This document shows, piece by piece, positions 1 to 9,000 of a DNA stretch of 19,058 nucleotides. The notes under the pieces were generated by a model. That model was not told the DNA's origin and did no database searches. It saw nothing but the letters and a program-made list of their open reading frames with translations. The first letter of the stretch is position 1. Every line of letters begins with the position of its first letter. The stretch comes from an uncultured bacterium (lineage in GTDB: Bacteria > Oederibacteriota > JAAXVQ01 > JAUVAV01): NCBI GenBank assembly GCA_963710755.1, contig CAVQBK010000008.1, positions 1-19,058 on the forward strand. Reading direction: 5' to 3'. The translations under genes were made by a program, and so were the position numbers.

Positions 1-227
1 ATCATGGGTTCCATTTTTGTTTACCCAACTGTTGGTATCATGGGCGCGGATTTTCTAGGGTACAGGCTACTTGTCCGGCGAATGCTGGATGCCTTTACCC
101 TGCAAAGGCCTATGCTTTTAAAATTACGATTTCTATGCTAATCTTATGCCATGTTAACTTAGGGAGGGATCTATGAAGTTATGGTCATATTCCATTTTGC
201 TCTTTTTAGGCCTCAATTATATGGCTT

Positions 228-1286
228 TTGCAGATTCTCAAATCATTACCACCAAATCTGATTTTGAAAAAGGCAATATCAGCGATACATTGTTTTACCC
301 TCAATGATGACGGCGAGGCTGTGCAGGATCCCGGCATGGTGCCTGATATTGCCTCACGCGCCACCCTGACGTTGCCCAAACGCCTGTTTGATCATGCCAT
401 GGTGTTGATCGGCAATAGCATTATTATTGCCGGAGGCGTGGATGAGAGCAGCTACAGCGCTGATGTTTATATTAATACCATTGACAACAATACCCTGGGA
501 ACCTGGCAGAATGGCCCTCCCATACCAGCCGGCATCCGGGGGCATCAAATGGTACGGTCCGGGCCTTATGTTTATTGCCTGGGCGGCAGAACCACCAGCG
601 GCCTGACCGGGAACATTTATAGGGCTGCCTTTGATTTTGACCAAAATACCCTGTCCGACTGGAATCAGGTTGGTTCCATGCCGGAACCACTTGAAAACTA
701 TGGAGCCGTTACGTATGCAGGCAAGATTTATATCTTAGGCGGCAGCTCCACGGTTGACACCAATGCTGTTTATTATGCTGACATCAATCCTGATAGTTCT
801 TTGAGCTCCTGGCAAAGCACGTCAAGCCTTCCTGTTAATCTCAGCGATATGGCGGCAGTTGTTTACGGTAATAGGATTTTTGTGCTCGGCGGCACCAGCA
901 GTGGCTCAGGATCAGCAGCCATGTATTCGGCAGCCATCAATGACGACGGCACTCTGGCCGCCTGGGAAACGGAAAAACCCTTCCCCACCACCATCAGCAG
1001 AAATGTCCTGGTCACAACCAGCAGCGGCATGATCAGTGTCGGCGGGTATGACAGTTCTATCAGCCATTATAAAAATACGGTTGACTATACCTTTCTTCAA
1101 GACGCTCACGGCGGGCCTGATTCCTGGTCAGGTGAAATACTTTATAACCTGGCTGACTGCACGGCCTGCGTCTATAACCAGCATCTTTTTATTTTTGGCG
1201 GGCGGGATGGGAGTGGACTAAAAGATAATGTTGAGATAATCCCGCTTTCATGCCTTTTTCGCCGTGGAAACCGAGTACAAAGATGA
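228..1286 (+). CDS. Kelch-repeat beta-propeller, largest intact fragment of the 173..2780 gene
   Basis: Six ~52-aa repeats with hydrophobic-GG cores (IIIAGG, VYCLGG, IYILGG, IFVLGG, MISVGG, LFIFGG), most followed by Y..I..DGTL..W...LP. The TTG start at 228 is probably not the real start. Confidence 0.8.
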   Translation: MQILKSLPPNLILKKAISAIHCFTLNDDGEAVQDPGMVPDIASRATLTLPKRLFDHAMVLIGNSIIIAGGVDESSYSADVYINTIDNNTLGTWQNGPPIPAGIRGHQMVRSGPYVYCLGGRTTSGLTGNIYRAAFDFDQNTLSDWNQVGSMPEPLENYGAVTYAGKIYILGGSSTVDTNAVYYADINPDSSLSSWQSTSSLPVNLSDMAAVVYGNRIFVLGGTSSGSGSAAMYSAAINDDGTLAAWETEKPFPTTISRNVLVTTSSGMISVGGYDSSISHYKNTVDYTFLQDAHGGPDSWSGEILYNLADCTACVYNQHLFIFGGRDGSGLKDNVEIIPLSCLFRRGNRVQR

Positions 1287-2327
1287 CGGATACGCTTAAA
1301 GGCGCAGAATATCTAATTGGGATATATGATTATATTTATTTCTTTGGAGGAATATAATCCTCAGGAAACAACACAGCCAATGTTTATCGATCACGATTTA
1401 ATCCTCAAGGCAATGGTGTGGGTACCTGGGCTCTTGATACCGCCATGCCGTCAACACTCATACAGTCCAGGAGTAAGTGCATATAGATGATCGAATTTAT
1501 ATCCTGGGAGGAAAATTACCGGATTCCAGGAGTGATACCTCGACCGTCTATTTTTCCAATCAGATCAATCCCAACGACGGCCATATTTCGTAGCATGGAC
1601 TGAATACAACACCTCTGCCGCATCCAATGGCCAATCCCACGAGCATTGCTTATAATGGTAAAATATATATTTTTGAAGGTGCTTCAGTTTATTATAATAG
1701 TATCTTACTCAGATGGCACCTTGGACTGGTCTTGGCCACAGACAGCCGGTCTACCCGATGCAAATTCATCCTTCTACAAAGCCATTTATTTTAACGATAA
1801 AATTTACGTTTTGACTTATGACACAAAATTCATTTATATTATGCCAACATTAAAACTAATGGGTTATTTGATCCCTGGCAGGAAACCACAGCTCCCGCCT
1901 CAGGCCAATATATTTCATTTATACATTAAGAATAATATTACTATATGGCGTCCAGCTTTTCGTGGTGCTTCTATAAATCAGGATGGATCCAGTCAAGATT
2001 TGGCATAAAGTGCGATTATAATAGTGAACATTGGTGGGCGGGCATTGATGTTATCAATGATTATATTAAATATTTATGATTCCCTAAATACTATTGACCC
2101 TGCCTACACCAAACTCACCTGCTACCGTTCCACCTACTTTTACCCTTTCTACTTCAACGGCGCTTATAAAAACCTAATCAGCCTTGCCTGGGACAGCAAG
2201 TTATGCTGCCAATGAGTACGCAGTCTTAAATATAGAATCTATGACCAGGGCTGGGGAGCATGGACAGCGGCGGATAGTGCGCAAAGCATAGCGGCTATCA
2301 ATAAAAAAGGGCACGTCCATTCAAGTC

Positions 2328-2780
2328 ATGGTCAGCGTCAATACTTACAAGCAGAACAACGGCAACCTTGCCGGGCTGACGCTCAATTATGACAACAACG
2401 TCATCACGCCCTCCCCCACGCCTCTGGCCACCGCCACTCCCCTGCCCACGGCCACACCGGTCAAGGTGCCCGCAGGGTTTGACGGCAAACTGATCAGCAA
2501 AAAGACAACCTACGCCTTCCCCAACCCCGCCCAGGGCACGCCCATCACCAAATTTAACATTTTCACCAAGGAATCGTCGCACCTGACCTTGAAGATTTAT
2601 ACCTCTTCGCATCGATTCGTTTATTCTAAGGAATTGGACAGCTCTGAGGTGGGATGGAATTTAATGGAATGGGAGCATGGCCATATGGCCAACGGCGTGT
2701 ATATCTACATGATCCAAGCCACCGGTTTGCAGACGGGGTATAAGGAAAAGGTGATCAATTATCTAGCGATCATAAAATGA
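2328..2780 (+). CDS. C-terminal fragment with Pro/Thr linker and T9SS type-A sorting-domain-like (FlgD/Ig-like) module
   Basis: ITPSPTPLATATPLPTATP linker, then YAFPNP, LKIYT, GVYIYMI and terminal LAIIK, the typical pattern of T9SS-like CTDs. Confidence 0.75.
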   Translation: MVSVNTYKQNNGNLAGLTLNYDNNVITPSPTPLATATPLPTATPVKVPAGFDGKLISKKTTYAFPNPAQGTPITKFNIFTKESSHLTLKIYTSSHRFVYSKELDSSEVGWNLMEWEHGHMANGVYIYMIQATGLQTGYKEKVINYLAIIK

Positions 2781-2838
2781 TCGGCGGGTTTTAAGCTTAA
2801 CTTAGGAATGGAAAATTTTGCGACTTTACGAGGAAAAC

Positions 2839-2853
2839 TGGTGCCTAGCACCA
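2839..2853. repeat. Small palindrome TGGTGC-CTA-GCACCA between convergent genes (REP-like, possible terminator)
   Basis: Perfect 6-bp stem with a 3-nt loop, flanked by A-rich and T-rich sequence (GAAAAC...ATTTC). Confidence 0.4.
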
Positions 2854-2874
2854 ATTTCACCGTTTGCCCCGCAG

Positions 2875-3621
2875 CTATCGAACGATGACCAGCTTGCGCC
2901 AACCGCTTTTCCGCGGCTGGCTATGATCGTCAGGCAGAACCGTCATCTGGTATAAATAAATCCCCGGTGCAACTCCGCTGATATCCCAAGTCAGGCGCTG
3001 ATACCCGGACTCCATGAACGTGCCGTGTAATTCCGCGCAGGCTTGTCCCAGCATATCCAGGATATTAATCCTGACCGAAGCCGGACCGTCGGTATGGATA
3101 TAAAACCATTGCGTGGAGCCCCGGCCCGGTTGAGGATAAGCCAAAACCTGGTCTTGGTTCGAAGAGAAACTAAACAAATTGGGGGTGACGCTTGGGCTCG
3201 GCGTAAACGTCGTGGTCCTGGTCGCTGTCGGAGTAATGGTGGGCGTCACGCTGCAGGTGGGGCTGATGGTGGATGTCTTCGTTATGGTGGGGGTAGGGGT
3301 GGTGGTAAGCGTGAAGGTGTAAGTTGCGGTAAATGTGTTTGTGGGCGTGTAGGTCACGGATCGGGTGCTTGTAGGCGTAATGGTAGGGGTATCCGTATAA
3401 GTTGCGGATTGCGTGCTCGTACGCGTGATGGTAGGCGTGTCCGTGTAGGTGGCTGATTGGGTACTCGTGGGGGTTTTGGTGGGCGTGAACGTAGCGGTCG
3501 GAGAGGGCGTGCGTGTAGGCGTGAACGTCGGCGTCCGGGTAGGCGTTGGCGTATCGGTGGGTCCAGGCAAGTCCTGATAATCCACGACCACCTGACTGTT
3601 TTCGGTCCAGGCTGCATACAT
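2875..3621 (-). CDS. C-terminal part: Thr/Pro-rich linker and T9SS type-A-like sorting domain
   Basis: About 125 aa of TxTxT sequence, then VLAYPQP, INILDMLGQ, LTWDISGVAPGIYLY and terminal RKLVIVR. Confidence 0.75.
   Translation of the reverse strand: MYAAWTENSQVVVDYQDLPGPTDTPTPTRTPTFTPTRTPSPTATFTPTKTPTSTQSATYTDTPTITRTSTQSATYTDTPTITPTSTRSVTYTPTNTFTATYTFTLTTTPTPTITKTSTISPTCSVTPTITPTATRTTTFTPSPSVTPNLFSFSSNQDQVLAYPQPGRGSTQWFYIHTDGPASVRINILDMLGQACAELHGTFMESGYQRLTWDISGVAPGIYLYQMTVLPDDHSQPRKSGWRKLVIVR
3346..3465 (-). repeat. 48-bp-period coding tandem repeat (STQSATYTDTPTIT[R/P]T x2 plus partial STRSVTYT)
   Basis: Units 3465-3418 and 3417-3370 share 15/16 amino acids. A partial third unit lies at 3369-3346. 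Confidence 0.8.
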
Positions 3622-4727
3622 CCGGCTGCCCGTAATAGCCAGGCTAGGTGAGCTGCGGCATTATGGCTGGGATCGCGGTTAGCCAGACCCGTATCCTGAA
3701 TCCAGCTCCCGCCATCCAAATACTTCATGACAATCTGCGTGGCCGTGTCGTTTGATTCCAACCAGACCGCATAGGCCGTGGTGCCGTGAAATATAAGCCA
3801 CGGGGACAATGCGTTTTGGTTGGCATTGACATTCAAGCCGCTGCCCACGCCGTCGGCCATGATCCAACTGCCGCCGCTGTAATACTTCACGTAAATGTGG
3901 TATTTGCCCGTGCTGTCCGCTTCGCTCCATATCACATAGGGCGTGGTGCCGGAAAAGGCAAGGCGCGCGCTGGAGCAGCCTTTGGAAGTATCGTTGTTGA
4001 TAGCGTTACCCAAAGGAACCCAACTGCCGTTCCAATAGGACGCAAATAAATAAGTCGCACCGCTGGCGCCTTCCACCCAAAGCACATAGGGCTGGGTGCC
4101 GCTAATTTTAATATCTTGCGTGGTTGCAGATGATTGCGCATAACGGTTGAGCCGGCTCCCCAAAGTGCTCCACGATCCGGTATATTTTTTAACATAAATA
4201 TCATAAGCATAAGCGGGTGTGTTTTCATACCAGGCAATGTACGCCGTGCCATTGCTGGCCGCCACCACCGGCTGCCAGGCATCCGACCCCTGGCCACCAT
4301 TGCCGTTTACATTCAAATAGTTGCCGGTGCTGGTCCAACTGCCAGAGTTGTAATAAGTCATCCAGACTTGATAGAGGAACGGCGTACTGCTAGTTCTTAC
4401 ATATTGATACCCCACATAAGGCACCTGGCCGCCCATGGCAAATCCCGAGGTCATAGTATAACCGTTTATATTAGAAATCGCGCCGCCGATTTGTTGCCAG
4501 GTGTTGTTGATTCGGGCTTTAACAATGCCGCCGGAATTTTCCGACCAGCACGCGTAGGGGGTGTTGCCGTTGCCGTCCACGTCCATGAGCACGCTGTTGG
4601 CCGCTAAAGTGTTGGCATTTAAAGAATTGCCATCCTGGACCCACGTACCGGCCCAGCAGGACAACCCCAGCATCAAACAGCCTGCACCTGTGATCCATCC
4701 GCTTAAAACTGCTGTTCCACTGCGCAT
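3354..4727 (-). CDS. N-terminal part: signal peptide and beta-propeller repeats (in-frame only down to about 3660)
   Basis: Repeats TPYACWSE, VPYVGYQY, TAYIAWYE, QPYVLWVE, TPYVIWSE, TAYAVWLE, each followed by a variant of IYVK.Y.GGSW...G..LN. Confidence 0.7.
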   Translation of the reverse strand: MRSGTAVLSGWITGAGCLMLGLSCWAGTWVQDGNSLNANTLAANSVLMDVDGNGNTPYACWSENSGGIVKARINNTWQQIGGAISNINGYTMTSGFAMGGQVPYVGYQYVRTSSTPFLYQVWMTYYNSGSWTSTGNYLNVNGNGGQGSDAWQPVVAASNGTAYIAWYENTPAYAYDIYVKKYTGSWSTLGSRLNRYAQSSATTQDIKISGTQPYVLWVEGASGATYLFASYWNGSWVPLGNAINNDTSKGCSSARLAFSGTTPYVIWSEADSTGKYHIYVKYYSGGSWIMADGVGSGLNVNANQNALSPWLIFHGTTAYAVWLESNDTATQIVMKYLDGGSWIQDTGLANRDPSHNAAAHLAWLLRAAGCMQPGPKTVRWSWIIRTCLDPPIRQRLPGRRRSRLHARPLRPLRSRPPKPPRVPNQPPTRTRLPSRVRARNPQLIRIPLPLRLQAPDP

Positions 4728-4916
4728 GAAAAAATAACATCCTTTCTTGTCTGAAAATGACGTAGGTATTAAATTATCCCAAACCTAAGCTAAAACCGCT
4801 ATTACAAAATAGCCGGAGAGGAGCTGCCTGCTGCGCGCAGTGATTTAGTCCGTCTTGAAACAGCCACTTTTTTAATTCGATAAGAATCGATGCCTGCCAC
4901 CCATTGATGAGATCAC

Positions 4917-4952
4917 AAAAAAAGGCGCCGGTCAGAGTGCCCGGCGCCTTTT
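4917..4952 (-). terminator. Rho-independent terminator downstream of the PorV-family gene
   Basis: Inverted repeat AAAAGGCGCCGG (4920-4931) / CCGGCGCCTTTT (4941-4952) with a 9-nt loop. A7 at 4917-4923 gives a U7 tail on the minus strand. It lies 16 nt past the stop codon. Confidence 0.85.
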
Positions 4953-4968
4953 GAATGAATCCATCCGC

Positions 4969-5892
4969 TTATTTAAAGCGCAGTAAAATGGAAAGCCTAT
5001 GCTGGTTGGCCGACAAATCGCTGAGATCATAATGAAAGGAATAATCAATCTCGTAAAATTCAGGACGGTAGGAAGCACCAGCCGTGATTTCCTGGCCGTT
5101 ATATCCGGCACGAACGGCAATGCTGCGAATCGGCCAGTATTCCGCACCCACATGGTAGAAAAAGTGATTGTATTCTTCGATATCCACATCAGCTGTGGTG
5201 ATCAACTTGTTGTAGTACAACTCTTCGTCGGAAGGGAAAAATTTCAGGGCCACACCCAGTTTGACATTGATCAGGGATCGGTCAATGCTGTTCTCCCAGT
5301 ACAATTGTTGAAACAGGTTTTGTACATTGATGCCGATGGTATGGTCCCAGTAGAGCACAGGCTGCCAGAGGGCGGCCAGGTCCAGGCCATGACCAAAGGC
5401 CTGGGCATCACCAAGTCCCTGTTGCAGCACCTTCAAGTTGGCGCCTACGCGCAAGCCCTTGACCAAGTCATAGACTTTGCGGCCATAGCTGAAGATAAAA
5501 GCGTTTTCCGAACTGTTAAAATTGCCGAGGTCCGCACCGGTTTCATCGCGTTTGTCCAAATCCAGAATGGAATGGTTGATCCAGGATACGGAAAATACGC
5601 CCGTGTTGGGCACCTGAAAAGCATAAGACAAATAACTTAAAGAAGATTCGTTGCTGAGAAAGGCAAATTGGCTGCCCACCAAATAATTATACAACTCCAT
5701 CTGGGTAAGGCCGGCAGGATTCCAATAGCCGGCGGTAGCATCATCCGCCAGCGCCACAAAGGCACCACCCAAGCCGGACGCCCGGGCGCCCACACCTTGG
5801 TTGAGGTAACTGGCAGCGCCAAAATTGTTGCCTTCCGCGGTTGCGGCCACAGTCAGCATTAATCCCAAACCCAGTAGTAGTATTTTTTTCAT
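4969..5892 (-). CDS. PorV/PorQ-family (UPF0164/FadL-like) outer-membrane beta-barrel protein
   Basis: Signal peptide MKKILLLGLGLMLTVAATA, family signature GVGARASGLGGAFVALADDATAGYWNPAGL, alternating amphipathic strands, and C-terminal beta-signal HRLSILLRF. Confidence 0.88.
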   Translation of the reverse strand: MKKILLLGLGLMLTVAATAEGNNFGAASYLNQGVGARASGLGGAFVALADDATAGYWNPAGLTQMELYNYLVGSQFAFLSNESSLSYLSYAFQVPNTGVFSVSWINHSILDLDKRDETGADLGNFNSSENAFIFSYGRKVYDLVKGLRVGANLKVLQQGLGDAQAFGHGLDLAALWQPVLYWDHTIGINVQNLFQQLYWENSIDRSLINVKLGVALKFFPSDEELYYNKLITTADVDIEEYNHFFYHVGAEYWPIRSIAVRAGYNGQEITAGASYRPEFYEIDYSFHYDLSDLSANQHRLSILLRFK

Positions 5893-5928
5893 CCCCGTCC
5901 CCCTGGCTCCTATAAATGATATTGCTGG

Positions 5929-5957
5929 AGTATAGCATGAAAAAATAAAATCGCCAA
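5929..5957 (-). promoter_or_regulatory. Sigma70-type promoter for the PorV-family gene
   Basis: Minus strand reads TTGGCG (5957-5952), a 17-bp spacer ending in TGC (extended -10 TG), then TATACT (5934-5929), about 36 nt upstream of the ATG. Confidence 0.6.
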
Positions 5958-6099
5958 GCCGTGAAGTTGACTAAAATACCTCGCCGGCAAGAGACTGTGT
6001 TCCAACCGCAAGATCCCCTCACCCCGCTTTCGCGGGTAGAGAAGTGATTATTAAGCGTTGGCGCACAGTCTCGATTTGCCTGGAATTTGCGAGGACATA

Positions 6100-9000
6100 T
6101 TAATAACGGATTTCCAAGGATGCAGCCTTTTTGTCCAAGGTGATGGTGTTCCCCGTAAACTGCGACCAGGGCCGGCCATTCATCCGCACAGCTTTTATGG
6201 GGCGCCCTGCATAAGGATTGTGAATAATAATGCCTCCCCGGGGCAACCGCTGCACCCGCACGGTCATGGCCAGCTGGTCTCGTTTTGCGGTCATGCGGTA
6301 ATGCACTTGCCCAAAATAACTGGGGGCTTGAATATCCACCGGTGCTTGCAACCAGGCTTCATCCACGCCTGCTCCCAAATGCAAGGTCGCTCCTGATTCA
6401 TAGAGAAACAAATTTCTGAAGGTATTAATGTAAATGGCGCCAATCCAGCTGTGGGGCATGTCCCCAATATAGGCCGGTGCCTGGGCATCAGCATGCACCA
6501 CTTCCGCCCAATGATGCCAGGCCGAAGGACGTTGATCCCGAATAAAGGCGCGCACCATGGTCAAGGCCTTTTCTTTTTGTCCCAATAACAGGTAGGCGTT
6601 GGCGATCCTGATTTCGTAGGGCGTGTAGGACGATTTCAGTCCCTCCCTGAGACGCGGTAAAAAGGTATGTTGGTAATAATTGTCCAGGGTGTCCATCAGA
6701 CTGGCTCGATCCAAGAATGACGCTTCGGCCGTCGGAAAAACCGCGATGGCTGTGGAGGTGGGATCAAAATCAGCCAGCCCGATACTGGCAGGGATGGTCT
6801 TCAGGTGTTTGGCCTGCTGCACTTGCTTAATGGATCTTTGCAGGGCTGATCTTAAGCCCTGCTCTTCTGTTTGCATCCAGTGCTGGTCATCGCCCTGGTT
6901 AACAACGGCGGCTAGATAACGACCATCCTTAAACCCTTTTAATGCCCAGAAATCATCCCACAAACTTTGTTGTGGATTGCCGATATAGCCTTCGTGACTC
7001 TCCGACTTGGGCAGCAGGCCAAAACCGGGCTTGCCCAGCCAATCTTTGGTCATGGTCTTGGCTCGTAACGTTTTCAGATACTGCAGTGCTTTTTGCACAT
7101 GCGGATACAAGGCCTGCACCGTGGCTCGGTCGTGGGTAAAGCGGTAATAATCAGCCACGGCAAACACAAAGGCCCCCTGGCCATCATACTCTTTCCAGTC
7201 CTTGGCAAAACTAACCAGCCGCCCGGTTTTGGCATCCACAATGCAAGGCATCTCCCCGTCGCTTAGCTGGGCCTGGGCAACCCATTGCAAGTAAGCCTTG
7301 GTAACAGGCGCCAGGCCGCTGCGCAGTAAGGCTGCGGCCATGATGGCGCCGTCACGAATCCAGGAAGCATCGTAACTGCGTGCCCCCGGCTGCAGCGCCG
7401 GACCGTCCTTATTAATCAGAATATAGGCCACATTGCTGCGCATGATGTCATCCCATTTTTTTTGGTTGAAATCAAAAGTGACCTGATTTAACCGCTCTGT
7501 CCAGGACTGTGCGTTCTGCGTCATCCAGCCCGCGATCTGTCCCGAAGTCACGGGCTTGAGGTCCTGCACCGGCTGATCCAGTGACAGCATTACCTCATAA
7601 GTCTTACTCTCGCCGGCCTGAAGTTGAAAATGATACCGCAGCAGACTTTCGGCATGACCCATGGGATCATGGACCGTCGGTTGTTCTTGCATCTGCATCC
7701 GGGTCAGATACTGGGCCAGATCCCCTTGGCTGAAGCTCAGGCATTGCACTTGATCAGGCGCAGTGGTGGTCATAAACCCGAGCTGCTTATTAACGGTCAT
7801 CGTGTCTGTGGCACGGTCAAATGCCAAGGAAGTAATGGCACTCAACCCGCCATGCTGCCAGGGCGGATTAACCAGCATAGGCCTTACGGCCAGATAAAAA
7901 TCTCCGGTTTGCGCGGCCTGGCCGGTATTGGTGAGCCTATAAGTGACCAGGGTATAGGCATGACCATCGAGTTCCTTGGCCGCCAGGTGCTGGTCCATGG
8001 TCATGCCGGTCATGGTCCAGGTTACCCAGGGCAGAGGAAGATAATCTTGTTGAAGGCCAACTGTTCTGGTAACGTCTTGATACGTCACAATCTGACCGGC
8101 CCATTGAATAAAAGGCAGCAGGGAATAACCATGGGCAGCGCTGCCGAGCATACCGGTTTCTGTGATTAAGCTTTCCTGACTACTGTTGGCGGTGCCCACC
8201 ACCGTCCAGTAATCCTGCTTGCCGCTGAGCCATTTGGGGAAAAACCCGGATGGAAAAATAGCCGCCAACAGCTGGTAATAGTCCCTGGCCTTAAGCTCGC
8301 CGTTCATACGCAACGTTTTCAAGATGGTTTTATTTTTAAGCAGCAGTAAGTTAATCTTCTGATCGGCCTTTAGCGCTGCGCTATGCAGTTGCAGCTGATT
8401 GGGCCCGTTAAAACGGAGTTTCCCTTTTAAAGCATAGGCCGGACGACCCAGCACCAGTTCCTTGGCCCGGGTTAAGGGATGGTGATTGAGGGTTACCGCG
8501 AGTTGCGGATTATCGCGACTGAGCAGAAGCCAACTTGCTTCTTTTTTCCATGCCTGCGGAACAACCAAATCCGACTGGACCGCTTGTCCCAATGGCCGTT
8601 CTTTTTTCAGGATATAATCGGGTACCGGTTGGCCTACGCCAAAAGGAAAACGGCTGGTCTTGGGAATAATTTCATACAAGGAGTACCCCCAACCTGTGCC
8701 CCGTTTTTGAAAAAGCACTCTCAGATAACGGGCCTTGGTGGCTTTAAAATCGATATCCTCCTTCCCCCCGCTGCCATTGGCAATGCTGTAAACCGGCTGC
8801 CACTTCCGACCATCCTGGGATAATTCAATGGTGTAAGCCTTGCCAAAGGCTGCCTCCCAATCGAGGATCACACCCAACCAGTCCAAAGAACGGCCATAGT
8901 CCAATTCAATCCACTGGTGATCGGAAAAAGCGCTGCTCCAGCGGGTACCCTTGTTGCCGTCGGCAGCATAGGCTGCCTGCACCTCCGGGCCCTGTTGGGA

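Larger units (their letters stand above)
173..2780 (+). pseudogene. Single frameshifted gene for a secreted Kelch-repeat protein: signal peptide, Kelch propeller 1, degraded Kelch propeller 2, Pro/Thr linker, T9SS type-A-like C-terminal domain. May be a pseudogene or an indel-rich assembly.
   Basis: AGGGAGG RBS (161-167) precedes ATG 173, which reads MKLWSYSILLFLGLNYMAFA-DSQIITTKSDFEKGN (signal peptide) and stops at TGA 305-307. The Kelch frame 228..1286 takes over near 290. Kelch-like peptides continue in alternating frames after 1250: YIYFFGG, VYRSRFNPQGNGVGTW, RIYILGG, AYNGKIYIFEG, SDGTLDWSW, YANIKTNGLFDPWQET. The path then joins the 2328..2780 ORF. Confidence 0.75.
2875..4727 (-). pseudogene. 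Secreted 7-bladed beta-propeller + (Thr-X)n linker + T9SS type-A-like CTD, split by one frameshift near 3655-3660 (about 615 aa if repaired)
   Basis: ORF 3354..4727 has a signal-like N-terminus (GCLMLGLSCWA) and six PY..W.E-type blades. The seventh blade (SSPSLAITGSRMYAAWTE) lies in the frame of ORF 2875..3621, which continues into the Thr-rich linker and CTD. The Arg/Pro-rich tail of the 457-aa ORF is the out-of-frame linker. Confidence 0.8.

Noticed and set aside
1-40. Possible start of a divergent minus-strand gene (ATG GAA CCC ATG) at the left edge
   Set aside because: Only a few codons are visible and there is no convincing RBS, so it cannot be supported.
1250-2330. Stop-codon recoding (alternative genetic code) explaining in-frame stops in the Kelch gene
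   Set aside because: TAA, TAG and TGA all occur, each also terminates intact genes in the window, and frame changes are needed anyway.
1250-2330. Diversity-generating retroelement variable region
   Set aside because: The damage is indel-type rather than A-specific substitution, and no template repeat or reverse transcriptase is visible.
3180-3565. CRISPR-like or non-coding repeat array
   Set aside because: The repetitiveness comes from ACN/CCN codons in a coding linker. There are no identical repeats with unique spacers and no cas genes.
3043-3651. Arg/Gly-rich plus-strand ORFs (3043..3456, 3457..3651)
   Set aside because: They are antisense shadows of the Thr/Pro codon-rich linker.
4741-4915. 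Riboswitch or ncRNA in the leader of the second cargo gene
   Set aside because: Only a small hairpin (GCTATT-ACAA-AATAGC, about 4798-4813) is present, with no aptamer consensus I can recognise. An Rfam scan would be decisive.
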